A stretch of DNA of 64,000 bases from Podarcis cretensis (lineage: Eukaryota), in NCBI GenBank assembly GCA_951804945.1, contig OX638159.1, forward strand, positions 4,774,001-4,838,000. Direction: 5' to 3'. Below are positions 22,808 to 37,829 of the stretch, one piece after another (position 1 is the stretch's first letter; each line of letters begins with the position of its first letter). The notes below the pieces were generated by a model that ran no database searches, was not told the DNA's origin, and saw only the letters and a program-made list of their open reading frames with translations. The translations under genes and the position numbers were made by a program.

Positions 22808-25800
22808 TTGTTTTCAAACTAGCACTAAGTCTCATGTTCCGTTAGCACAATGATTGATGCTTGGTGCAAGGGAACTTCAATCCCTTTCCCGCCCCCACAC
22901 TCCCCCAGCAATCTGTTCCAGGGGCTCTCCCAACCCTCCAGAGCAGACTTGGGGATTCTGCAACAGGTTGAGGGGCAAGTTCCATTACACAAGCATTGCA
23001 TTGTGCTAATGGAACAAGGATATTATTATAAATGCAATCCCTCTACCACTAAGTTAACACTGATCTCACACAGAACACACACAACTCCTACAGCAAAGGG
23101 GCAGAACACAGCTACACCCCATGTTAACATTTACAGGCTAAATATTGTGCTGCTGCATGTCAAACTTGTCAGGGACTAATTTTAGCAAAATTATAATTCT
23201 GCTTTATAAGCCTGGCATTCGATAATACAATACAGATGTTAGCCATTTTATTGTTATGCTTCTATATTTTGTTTTGTTTGTACAAAGTATACTGGCCATT
23301 GACCATAATAAAGAGATTGATGTAATCCTCTTCATATTTACTCAGAAGCTGCATAGTGTGCATATGATTACAACCTTAATATAAAAAATGCAAATACGGA
23401 AATTGGATCAGAACAGATGAACTACTTTACTTGCTGGAAAATTATTCTTCTTAACCCCTACCTAGTTTTGCAAGGCTGCCTCAACCAGTCATCCTCCCTC
23501 AATTTCCTAGTCACAAGAACCCAAATGAATATGGATAGATACTACAGCTTTTATGTCCCATGATCTCATACACAAGATCAATCACTGTTTGTGATTTCTT
23601 GACTCAAAAAAAATTACCACACTGGATTTCAGTGGAAGGGGAAACCACTGCTACACAGGAATTCGAGCTCTCTGCTTTTGAAGTCTACAAAATTGAACTT
23701 CCATGATTGTTAGCCAAATAAATTACTATGGGCACCACATTAAAAAGTTACGCTGCCTCATTGATGTTCAAAACCACTGAAAAATCTTATTGTATCCAAG
23801 ATGTATAAATTTAGGCTAGGTTGAGTAGCCAGTCATTCCTTCCACTATCCTGTGGGGCTGTCTGCGCTCTGTACCTTTACAGAACATTATTTCCCTCAAA
23901 GCTTTTGCTTACCCCTCACAGACTTACAATTCCAAGCATCTCTTAACAAACTATAGTGCCCAGAATTCTTTGAGGAAAAGGAGGTGTCTCAAATGTGCTT
24001 TAAAGCAATAGTGTATACAGCATCTCAGCTTTCTTGCTTCTTATCGAACAGAAGCAAAGTCCATTTCTGTAGTATGTACTGCCAAGTGAGGGAATTATTC
24101 AAGGCCAGGGAGTAGTGGAAAGCACTTCTCTGAACCAAGATATTGATTCCGCATTACTGTACAATGCACATATTGGCGCCATTTTGAAAGAGGCACTCTT
24201 TGGCTTCTTGTGTTGCTAGCAGTGGTTTTTGTTTGTTTTGTTTTAAGATTGCTCCTTGTCACGAATGCTAAATTTCTGGCCAACACTAACAGTCATTATT
24301 TGTGGAGTCCTGACTAACAGAACTATTTCTAGTTAATAGAGATGATAAACAGAGGTTGAATGCAAATCAACAAGTCAAGCAAACCAAACAAATAAAGACA
24401 CATGAATGAAAACCTGAAAGGCAGAAACCAAAGCCCAATAATTTATTTATAAAACTTGAGTCACTGTATCTACCCCTAAATGGGAAAAGTAGCATACAAC
24501 ACAAAATAATATATAAACTTCAAAGGAGAGGTTAAAGAAATATATTTCAAAGTTTCCCCATTTGTTCCCACATCTCATAAAGACACTGCAAAAGCCAAAC
24601 ATTACCGCAGATCTCTCTAAAACAAAAACACAATATTTTCCCCATCATGTGGAACTTCTAAAAGATCTTTACCAAAAGAATTTGTTTTCTGACTCAGCTG
24701 TAATGAAATCCACTAGATTTCCAATTACAACAAAACAATTATCTGAATAATGCCAGGTTCTTGAATATTCCATTATCAGCACCGCCAGAAGATCTCCATT
24801 TCCACTACTTGACTTTATCATCTCCGCATTAGCACCACTTCCAGTTCAACAAACAAACCTAAATCTAAGGCTGCACATGGAAGTCTCTGCCAAAGGGAAA
24901 TGTGGTCGAGTTAAAAGGAGTTGTGTATTTTGGGCATTTTTCAACCCCCACCCCAAGCTTGAGAGGTTAGAACAAAAACAAATCAAGGTATTATGGCATC
25001 CTTCCAACTTTTTGTGCTCAAATTCATTTTGGCCTTGTGAGTCAGTAGTCACCCTAAGGAAACCTTTTGTTTGACTTCCTGGCTGACACCCATTTACCCA
25101 GAAATGTGGGAATAGCTTTAAGTGTTCTATTCTTCTATTCTCACAGAATAAAAAAGAAAATTGTTGCTGAGATTGCAAACTGGAGGCCTTCAGAGGTTCC
25201 CTATCCCCATGACAGAAATACCAACAAAGTAGATGGGGGGAAAGAGGAAAGAGCAGTTCCTAACTCACGTGCATATTTCTCACCCAGTGTGCAGGCTATA
25301 GTCAGATAACCCCCACCCCCAGTCTGCCCCCTTTGCTGATTAGGTAAAATATACACACTATTTCTTTATGCAATACCACAGTAAAATAGCTTGCTTCACA
25401 CTAAGCTACTGGCAAGCAGCACAGACATACTGCAAAGCATGAGAAGATGACCCATAGCCTACTAATGTACCCTATAGAGCATTCTGATGCTGTACTATAT
25501 TTATTTGAAATTTAACATTGTTGAGTGCACAGAAAAATGCCTGCCTTTTTACAATGCAACTTAAAACAGACATTGAAGTACAGAATATCAGTGAAACAGC
25601 ATTCAGGTAAAATCATCAAAGGGTACAAGCTTCAAAACCATTCAAAATGAAGCCTCATTTCTGTTCAAACTAACTAAAGATGTAGGGCTTAACTGAGGAG
25701 GGGGTGAGCGATGTACTCCTTGGAGGAAAAGGTGGTATAGAAGTGCAATAAATGAGCTCTTCTGCTTTCCTGCTTAAGAAAGCTAGAGGGGGCACCCATG

Positions 25801-26564
25801 TGGAGATGTCAGTCAAGTCACCAACCCGGCACCCAGAGATCTCCACATGGTTGCAACTGGACCTGCACCAGTCACAAAACACACCTGGCACCTGTAATTT
25901 CTAGCATGACATATATCTGAGTTTCTAACACTGTGCGCTATGCTTGTAAACAACAATGCATACACACAAATCATACCTGTTTCATTTTTCATGTCCCAAT
26001 GAAATATGAAGGGTAGGAAGGATAAGGGCAGGTAGTAGAGGCAGGTATGTGGTAGTGCACTGCAGAAATAACCTTTCCCCTGTGCAACTGTAAGTGCTAG
26101 GAGTGCTGTCCGTTTGTACCCTACCAACAGATGAGGTTTCATTTCTGCCACTTTTCAGGCAGACCTCAGAAATCAGTTTGTTTCCTAGCTCCCTCCATAG
26201 CTACGAGGTCTAGAAAATTCTCTTCGAGATGAAAGCCTGGCCATACTGAATCGTGTACCAGGTTAAATTCCACCAAGGGAGACAGGAGAGAGCATAAGAG
26301 CCTGCTGGATCAGGCCACTGGCCCATATAGCGCAGCATCCTGTTCTCACAGTGGCCAACCAGATAGATGCCTATGGGAAGTCCTCAAGAAGATCCCAAGA
26401 ACCATGAACTCACGTTCTCTTATAATGGCAATGGTGCCCACCTGAGAGGTGCCGGAAAAGAGTTCCTGTGAATTCCAGCTGAAAAAAAGCCCTGCATATT
26501 CCAAAAGGTGTTTTTAAGGCGCCAAAGAATTGCCTCTTTAAAAAGGAAGATGGGTGTAAGATGG

Positions 26565-26840
26565 AACCAGATAGAGGGCCTTCTCGGCGGTAGCACCCTC
26601 CCTGTGGAACGCCCTCCTGTCAGATGTCAAGGAGATAAAGAATGACACAACTTTTAGAAGACATCTGAAGGCAGCCCTGTATCGGGAAGTTTTTAACATT
26701 TGGTGTTTTCTTATGTTTTTATATTCTGCTGGAAGCCGCCCAGAATGGCTGCAGCAACCCAGTCAGATGGGCAGAGTACAAATAAATTGTTGTTGTTGTT
26801 GTTGCTGCTGTCGTTGTCGTCATCATCATCATCATCATCA
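26565..26840 (+). mobile_element. L2 LINE 3' end with (TGT)n/(CAT)n tail
   Basis: AGGGCCTTCTCGG..CTGTGGAACGCCCTCC..ACATCTGAAGGCAGCCCTGTAT, shared with 54100-54330. Confidence 0.8.
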
Positions 26841-28210
26841 ATCTGCCCACAATAGTTTAAGAGTCCACTCATGTTTTACCACTGTGATTAGCACACAGAA
26901 GTAATATACTATTTTAAATGCATGTTGTCATATTTTACTACATCAATCAGCAATTTAGTCACACTCATTTTATTACTCTTACTACTATTATTATTTACAT
27001 ATGTATACTCAAGCACATGCTGCAAAAAAACATGGGAATTTAGTATCAAATGCAGAGGAAGCATGAAGGTATGTGTGTATTTATTTATTACATTTATATC
27101 CCAAAATTCCTCCCAAAGGAGCCCAGAGAGACAGTGAGCAGCTATCCCATAAAACGGTTTACTAAACCTGCAAAGACTAACCTCCAAACTACTGACTTTT
27201 CCAAATATTAAACATGTAATTGCCTGAAAACCTAAACTTTATGTGATTTAAATTTAATGTTCAGTGGATATTTGCCATTCACTTTTTTCACGATTAAAGC
27301 ACCTTAATGTAATACTTAAATAGCTCCTGCCTTTAATAGGAAATTATAAATACTATGTTTATAGCAAGAATACCAAGGTGATAGAGTGTAGAATATAAAA
27401 AATAAAATCTTTGTTATGTTAAAAGTATTTGTTTAAAGTGTACTCTTTTTCAAAATAAAACTGAGCAGCATGATAAAATTCTTATTAAGATGAAATAAAT
27501 CTCAGTGGAAAATATTAGGTGATGCTTGCTCACCGCCATGGCATCGAAGTATATAGTTTCTGCCGCTTTTTTATGTCTGTTTGTTCTTTTAAATCAGAAC
27601 TCTGTTAGTCTGAATATAACAGGGATTTCTCTCTCTCTGGTTCAGAGTCCTAAAGCCTAATATAGTCAGGAGTGAAGTATGGCCCTGAAGGCAGATTCTG
27701 AGCTAGAAACAAAATCTTATTTGTATCTTGGGAATCTCTGGTTGTTTTAAGTGACAGTAGCTTTCTAACGTTTATTTCAGAAAAAAAGACCATCTGTATA
27801 CAAAATTTCCAACACAAACACCCCACAGACACCATTTTAAGACACTTAGTGAGGCCTGACATACATATTGCTTGAAAGTTCAGAGCTCACAGAAATTTTA
27901 TGATCACAGAAAAATTGCACCATGGCCAATGCCCCTACTCCAACAAACACCAAGTTCCCCCCAATTCATAAATTACCATCATAGGAGGAGAAAGGGGGGG
28001 GGCTTTTCTTATCCTTAATTTAATTTCTGCTGCTTCATGTTCTGTTCACATTCCCTAACGTGCCTTTTAACTTCACAACAATTCCTTCACCACAACTTTT
28101 AATATGAAAAGTTCCTATTTTCTTTCGTCTGGTGATGAGGTCAAGAAGGATGGATGGATTAATACTGCTGTGATAACATTGCTTTCATTCATTCATATAA
28201 ACCATGAATG

Positions 28211-28748
28211 CAGAGTTCACAGTAGCCAGGCGCCAGGAGCATTTTGCACCTGGCTATTGACCATTTACAACCAAGCGAAGATGCCTGGGTGCCAGGACGG
28301 CCCCTGACATTTCTACCATCTGGAGGTGCATGCCTGGGGATCACCGGATTGGGACTCTTTTCACACACTAGCAACACATCCTGCCAAATTCTGTCAGTTA
28401 TATTTTATCTGCACAATTGGAATGAATTTCAGGAACCAAAATGCTTTGCAGCCTGAGCAACAGCACTCACCATTAAGAAAAAGAGGTAGGAATAGGCCAA
28501 TATATATATATGTAGACTGTCCAGGGATTAAATGTATTTTCTTCTTTAAATTCTCAAGCTCAAGGTTGTCATCTGAACTAGCCCGATTTTTAACTGATAA
28601 TCAATCACAGCCAGCCCACCATTTGAAAAATAAGACTTTAGAGCCCTCTTACCCCAAAACGGCAACTAGACATTCTGTTTTGGCAGCTGTAACCTTGATT
28701 TAAGGAGCCATTTGGGGCCTAGCTTATATATCTCAGTTTCTAGCACTG
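28211..28748. mobile_element. Non-autonomous hAT-like element
   Basis: Ends CAGAGTT / AGCACTG; flanks CATGAATG / CATGTCTG (6 of 8 match). Partial copies at 21157 and ~32975-33080. Confidence 0.7.
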
Positions 28749-28852
28749 CATGTCTGTTCCCAACAGTCAGCAAGAAGGTAAAGTTGTGAGGAAAAGAGGA
28801 GCACTACCCATGAAGGATCTCACAATTGCTACACAATATTAGGGTATTCAGT

Positions 28853-29200
28853 TAAAGGTAAAGGTACCCCTGCCCATACGGGCCAGTCTTGACAGACTCT
28901 GGGGTTGTGCGCCCATCTCACTCAAGAGGCCAGGGGCCAGCGCTGTCCGGAGACACTTCCGGGTCACGTGGCCAGCGTGACATCGCTGCTCTGGCGAGCC
29001 AGAGCCGCACACGGAAACGCCGTTTACCTTCCCGCTGGTAAGCGGTCCCTATTTATCTACTTGCACCCGGAGGTGCTTTCGAACTGCTAGGTTGGCAGGC
29101 GCTGGGACCGAGCAGCGGGAGCGCACCCCGCCGCAGGGATTCGAACCGCCGACCTTTCGATCGGCAAGCCCTAGGCGCTGAGGCTTTAACCCACAGCGCC
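28853..29200 (-). mobile_element. Sauria SINE, near full length, CpG-rich
   Basis: tRNA-like head (GCGCTGTGGGTTAAA..GGTTCGAATCCC) and (ACCTTT)n tail. Confidence 0.93.
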
Positions 29201-29358
29201 GATGTAATTGCAGCTTTTTGTGCAGAAACCCGAAATGAAAGGAGTTATTTCCAAATCTATTATATTCCCACAAATAAACTGCTTTACAATTTAGCAGCTC
29301 CCAGTTAGTCACCCCAAATGATTTTATACTTCTAAAGTGTGTCACTATTTTCTGTATA

Positions 29359-29592
29359 CAGTGGTACCTCTGGTTATGAACTTAATCCGTTCCAGAGGTC
29401 CATTCGTAACCGGAAACTGCTTGTAACATGAGGCGCACTTCCGCTAATGGCGCCTCCCGCTGCTGCCACGCCACTGGAGCATGACTTCCGCTCACATCCA
29501 GGGGCAAAGTTCGCAACAAAGGGCATCTACTTCCGGGTTAGCGGAGCACGTAACCCAAAGAATTCGTAAGGGGAACAGTTCGCAACACGAGG
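29359..29592. mobile_element. CAGTGGTACCTC MITE, inverted relative of 1010-1251, right TIR truncated
   Basis: TA+CAGTGGTACCTC start; internal reverse-complement similarity to the 1010 copy. Confidence 0.8.
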
Positions 29593-30973
29593 CCAGAAAA
29601 ATGTGGCTTATGTGAAAAGTGTTAATCTACTAATCAACTGTGCCTTGACATTTACCACATACATTCATATCTTAGGCAAATTCTGAAGAGTGACTCAGTT
29701 CAGGTCATGGTGATCCAGCTGCCAAATGAGTTTTTCACCCAGAGGCAAAATGTCTAAACTGCCCAAAGTATCTAACAACAACAACTTCTACCCAAGCACC
29801 ATGAAACCTATGTGCAATTCTCATGTATTTCCACGTGGATTGCATGTAAATTCCTTGCATACTGTGCTTTCCAACTTGTATCTCTGGCTACCAAAAGCTC
29901 AGCTGCACCTATCCAAATCATAAAATGAAAATGTAAACGAAACAGCAGTTTGGCTGAAATGCTGTAGAAATGAAACTGCCAAGTTATGACACTTACCATA
30001 GTTATTGTCCAATTTTTCTAACTTTTTTCCTCTTAAACTAAGTTTTACTTAAGAGCAGACCTATTGCAATTGTTGGGCCTAATTTATGGCCGTGTTCATT
30101 CATTTCAGTGGATCTATACTCTGAGTAAAACTTAACTGAATGCCACCCTATGCAACTATAACTGCTGGTTTAAAAAGCCAAATTCCACACATACTATAGG
30201 AACAGGCAAGAAATCTAGTTTCTACATAGAAGAGAATATATATCCTTCAGTTGGATAAATATCCGAAGAGAAATAGAAATTAGGACTAAGTGGCAAAGAC
30301 ATTCCTATTTCACTACCACAATCCTTTACGAAGTATTTTGTACATGAGAGGAGCTGCACTGGATCAGACCAAAGGTCTCTGTAGTCCAGCATCCTGTTTC
30401 CCACAGTGACCAGATGCCTAAGGGAAGCTTACAAGCAGAGAACAAAGGCAACTGGTGGAAATACAGCTAATTTGACATAGTATGGTGCTATTAAATTCAA
30501 AGAGGCCTATCAAAAGTTTCTAGCTCAAACGGTGATAAATTAGTGTATCCCAATGATACTAGTGTTTTCAACTGAAGAATTCTCTTCTGAAAATTCTCAG
30601 TAATGGAACTATGACCCCCTACTCCTATTTTAATCTAACGTTTATTATGGGGGGGGGAACCCTGCTGAGAATGTTATTGTTCAAAATTTACCAGCTATTA
30701 ACAACTCCAGAAGATACAGAAGGCAATTTGTTTAAGGAAATATGGGAGTAAATGTAGACAATAACAATTACAGAATGGTGTTTGACCATCAGTATGCACT
30801 AAAAGGCTCCGAACATCTTCCTTTTAGATCAGGTAAGAGAGAACCATTACAAGATGATGTTTCAGTACATTCTAGCACTTGACAGAAGCATTACACGTTG
30901 GAAATATACACATATTAAGGCTGACGTTTTGTTGGAATTCTCTTCTCTTCTAGTCACTGATTTGACTTAGTTA

Positions 30974-31219
30974 CAGTCATACCTCAGGTTGAAGTAGCTT
31001 CGGGATGAATATTTTTGGGTTGCGCTCTGCGGCGACCCAGAAGTAACGGAGCACGTTACTTCCAGGTTTTGCCGCTCGCGCATGCGCAGACGCTCAAAAT
31101 GAAGCCACACGTATGTGCAGAAGCGGCGAAACATGACCTGCGCAGTCGCATCTTATGTTTACTTCAGGATGCGAACGGGGCTCCGGAACGGATCCCGTTT
31201 GTATCCAGAGGTACCACTG
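30974..31219. mobile_element. CAGTCATACCT MITE
   Basis: Same family as 1639-1890; TA TSD. Confidence 0.88.
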
Positions 31220-31286
31220 TATTTGGATAAAATAATTTAGAAGGTTTACCACAAACTAAATTTGAACCCAATAACAGCAGCATATA

Positions 31287-31602
31287 CCATATTTTTCCGT
31301 GTATTAGACAAGGTTTTTTGACTAAAAAATCATGTCAAAAAACTGGGGTTGTCCAATACACAGATAGTGGCATGGGGGGCAGGGGGACAAGCAGCGCGCC
31401 CGCCAGCCAGTTGGCGGAACAGCAACTTCCCCCGATGCCGCTACGTGTGGGAAATGATCTAGGGAGTTTTCCTTCCCACAGCTACGTGAGGGGAGAAGCT
31501 CAACTTTGGGCCATCTCTCCTCATTTTCTTAAAATTGAGTTCCCAAAGATAGGGGGTTCTTATACATTGGGGGGGGGGCATCTTAAAGATGGGAAAATAC
31601 AG
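31287..31602. mobile_element. CC(G/A)TATTTTTC-type MITE
   Basis: TA+CCATATTTTTCCGTGT ... GGGAAAATACAG+TA. Confidence 0.7.
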
Positions 31603-32394
31603 TAAATTAGCTACCAAGAAATGGTGGGATGCACTGACCCTTTGTAAAGAGAATAGCTGGTTCTGCTTGAATTAGAGGACCACATTCCCTTTTATTTTGT
31701 GATAACCCCTTAGTTATTATTTTTGAATGGTTATGTCATTATTTGCCTATAATTTGGGTGGGGGTGAGGTTTATGCATTCATTACGAGGTCTCTTACCCT
31801 TTTCCCTATAATTTGAGAAGATATGGAGACTGGAATAAAAGTTTTTGAATGGCAGTATCTGAGAGACTATGAGAAACAGATCCCTTTTATTATTTTCATG
31901 AAGGCAAATTACAATTTGAATATAACATGCACAAGACTTGCTATACGATATGAAAAACTGTACAACATTTAATATTTGCAGAGTGATAATCCAGAGAGAG
32001 AGAGAAATGTCATTGCAGTGAAAATTGAGCCTGTCAACATCTAATGTTAGTCATTTGATGCTTAAAAGAAAGAGCTCAGTTTTGTGATTTTTTTCCTTGC
32101 CTAGCAATCAGAAAGCAATTTTTACTTCTTGCAAATCACCAAGTAAATGGCTATTATGTAGAATTTGCAACCTTATAACAACAAACTCAGATTGTTTGCA
32201 ATACATACACCACACATAGGATATTGGTGGTCTTCTATCCAGGCTCTTGCATCCATACAAGCTTCACCACCAGCTGCTCCCAGGCCATTGTTCTGAGGTG
32301 CCTGATCTCCAAGACATAATTCCTTAAACATCCAATCACTTTCTGAAATATGAAGTGCTTCATTTCAAATCATCTTTCCATAACGTATTGCAAA

Positions 32395-33375
32395 ACCTGT
32401 CTATTATAGATTACTGAAACACATTATATGTGGCGCTGCCTCTACAGACAGTTTGGAAACTTCAGCTGGTATAGAATTCACTGCTGGGACAAGACACTTG
32501 GAGCATATAATGCCTATCCTGGCCCGATTGCACTGGCTGCCAATTAGTTTCCGGTTTTGATTTATAAAGCCTTAAATGACTCGGGGCCACAATACTTCAA
32601 GGACCACCTCTACCCACATGAACCAACCCCAAACCTATGATCATCATCTGCCAGGGACTAACAGGGCTCTGAAGTGTGTGTGTGAAGGAAACAAGGAGCT
32701 GCGAGAGTGGCTCAGAAATGAGGGTCGGCAATTTATGGGGTTTGGTGCCACCTGCAAAGCCAGGGCAGGAGTAGGAGGAAGGATCAGGGCAGTCCGAGAT
32801 GGAGGGTGGCACAAGGGTGTAGCCATGGGGCAGCAGGGAGGGGCAACTACCCCTCCCAATCAATAAAAATACATAGCAAACTGAGGTTCTGCCCCCCCCC
32901 AACAAAAGTCCTGGCTGTGCCCATGGGGCGGCATACAGGATGTGGCAGAGGAGAAAGAGTGTGCTATGTGCTAGCTAGATGGTGGAGATGTCAGCTGCCA
33001 TCCTGGCACCCAAGCATCTTCACTTGCACGCAAGGAGCTGAAAGTCGGGTGCAAAATGCGCCTACTAAGTTCCAGCACTGCTCCTTTGCGAAAGGTCCAG
33101 AGGGCAGCAACACAAGAATGGGCCTTTTCCGCAGTGGCTCCTCACTTGTGGAATGCTCTCCCCAGGAAGGCTTTCCTGACACCTTTGTTACATACCTTGA
33201 GGTGCCAGGCAAAAGGATTCCTCTTGTCCCAGGACTTCTATGGTGTTTTAAACTGTAAAAGGGGTGTTGGAATGTTGTTATTGTTTATTACTATGGCAAG
33301 AATTGTTTGTGTGTCAGATTGTAAACTGCCCTGTGATCCTCAAATGAAGGGAAGCATAGAAATTTAATAAATAAA
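32395..33375 (+). mobile_element. L2 LINE 3' fragment interrupted by inserted MITE-like pieces (~32680-33110)
   Basis: DY..LYVALPL..LQLV.N..LHWLPISF motifs at 32400-32660, resuming at GGCCTTTTCCGCAGTGGCTCC (33120) and ending in an AATAAATAAA tail. Confidence 0.7.
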
Positions 33376-33646
33376 CCGTAACAGAAAATATTAGAAGCAT
33401 TTAAAGATATACCACTGATATAGATATATTTTTAAAAAGATGGGACTGGCAATAAAACAGCTATACAAGCCAAAGGCTTCTGACGAAATGCAGTAAACAA
33501 AAGACATCACTGTATTTTGAGATAACTCTTCAATATCAAACACATTTACTTGGAGCTGGAGGTAAGCCCAGTGTATTCATTCCCAGGTATGAATGCTTCT
33601 GATCAGTCTGACACCTCAATCCTAAAAAGATTTACTTAAATGTAAG

Positions 33647-33813
33647 CAGTGGCGTAGCGTGGGGGTGCAGAGGGGGGCGGCCACACCGGGCCAACATCTG
33701 GGGAGGGGGCGCCACTAATCTAGTGGAAGAGACTCGAGTGCTAAAATCCACGGGTTAGGGGGCGCAAATTACTTGCCTTGCCCCGGGTGCTGACAACCCA
33801 CGCTACGCCACTG
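33647..33813. mobile_element. Young hAT MITE
   Basis: Perfect 17-bp TIR CAGTGGCGTAGCGTGGG and perfect 8-bp TSD AATGTAAG. Confidence 0.93.
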
Positions 33814-35449
33814 AATGTAAGTAAGTCTCATTGTTTCTGAATGGCAAATTCAGTTGTATCAAAATATTACTGAAAGTTTGCAGATGCTGAAAAAATCAAT
33901 CCAGCAAGAAAAAGTTATTTCTCACCTCTTTGATGGCTTATTGTCTTAACTTTCACCGAAAGGGCAATCAATCTCAGAGAGGTCCATTTGTCTTTGAATG
34001 AATGCATTGCACAATGCTAAATCTACTTGCTAGTCATAGATAAACATCATAGTCATAGATTTCAACTACATTTGTGAAACCACCAGTTTGCTAACAATGG
34101 TCTAAATATACTAAGCCCTGCAGTAGATCAATTCATTTCAGGAAAGCTTGTTTAGAGAGTGTAGTCCTCAGCAGGAGCATCTGTTAGTTAGACATGAGTA
34201 AGAAAGAGGAAAACTAATGTTTTCAAAGAATTATGCAGTATATTCTCACTGTAGGACATCTATTTTTTCATATATTTTTTCCCTTACACTGGGAAAACCA
34301 TGCAAGTTTTCAGATAAGCCATACTACTACTACAAACTCCCATTTTAAACTAGCACAGCACTGCTATATAGATAATGTGGGAACCAAAAAATCCTAATGT
34401 TCACCAACACTGAAATACAAACAACAGTATCTATATATTGAACCACCTATTATCATTAATTGTGTAAGCAAATTATTACAAAGATCTGATCGTGCTTTCT
34501 ATCACAAAGAGCATATACATGGGTTAATTTATTTGCATATGTAAACCACATGTTGGTAGCGTCCTAGATCTCAAAATCGACACTTTTCAAAATCTACATT
34601 TCCTCCAGTTTCAGGTCATGCCTAACGTCATCTAGGATTGCAGTCTTGATAATGCATGAAATGGGAAATAAGTATATCCCCCTAAGGCAGACTATATGAT
34701 ATGTAAGTCAAATATAGCAACAATGTGCTATAAATGTTTCACTCAGTCTCATTACAACAGCACACCCACCCACATTATTTTCTAATTCACCTCCCATGAA
34801 GCACTGAATAATAACCCAATTACACAGAGGTCAAAAAGTAAGGGTCCTTTTCTTTTCAGAACTATGTTCTTCTCCACATTCACTACCACACAACAGAAAT
34901 TAGATAAGAACAAAATGGATACGTGTACATGGCTATGCAATCACTGACTATAAAGTTTATTGTTTTCCTAATTGCAAATCAATTTTACTGAATCTTGAAA
35001 CAAGCTGTATCCTAGATTCGGTTGCTCCTTCTATGTATAAAGCAGAGAAGGGCTTCAATAAAGCAATAATCCATTCATGCTTTTCACACATGGTAGCCAG
35101 TTTTATAACACCACGCCTTCTCAACTAACAGTGCTGCTGCAGCCCCACAAAACCTGAACAGTCCAGATTTTCACAGTCATGAAGCAGGACAGATATTGTG
35201 TGAATAGTTTCATTTATACTGCCCTGGAATCTTCTGAGGAAAAGCGCTGTGACAAGAGGGTGCAAGCCCTCTCCATACCTGCCAAAAGAGGACAACTTGC
35301 AAGGCAAAGAAATGTTTTAAATCAAGCATCCCCGTTCAAACTTTGCCTCCTAAATCATTCTAATTCATCTGGCTTTAAGCGCATTTGGTGTCAAGCCAGC
35401 AGCTCCCCAGGGAAAGCCAGCCATTCACGGGCACACCAGGTGTGGGTGG

Positions 35450-37650
<2,201 letters not shown>

Positions 37651-37732
37651 GTTGGGGCTTGTGCCTGAGGCTTAGCCCCAGATACCCAACAGGAATTAAG
37701 ATACTTCTGTTGTCTTACGTGCTGGGACTAAG

Positions 37733-37829
37733 TAAATAGCATATTTTATCATATGGTTAAAATAGCATATTTTATCATATGGATAAAATAGCATATTTTA
37801 TCATATGGATAAAATAGCATATTTTATCA
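37733..37829. repeat. 26-bp tandem repeat x ~3.7
   Basis: Unit AAATAGCATATTTTATCATATGGATA. Confidence 0.95.

Noticed and set aside
26278-26300. GACAGGAGAGAG resembling the start of GNAQ exon 2
   Set aside because: Wrong strand, and it does not continue as GKSTFIKQM; it runs into a repeat fragment.
26713-26904. ORF with poly-Cys and poly-His
   Set aside because: Translation of the (TGT)n(CAT)n microsatellite tail of an L2.
21157-28748. A single 7.6-kb autonomous transposon defined by long TIRs
   Set aside because: No shared TSD on the outer flanks, no transposase inside, and the right copy has its own approximate TSD.
29130-29200. tRNA-like A/B boxes (also near 49065-49140)
   Set aside because: These are the tRNA-derived heads of Sauria SINEs, not tRNA genes.
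37733-37829. CRISPR-like appearance of regular repeats (also 3105-3718 and 63740-63870)
   Set aside because: No unique spacers, no cas genes, vertebrate context.
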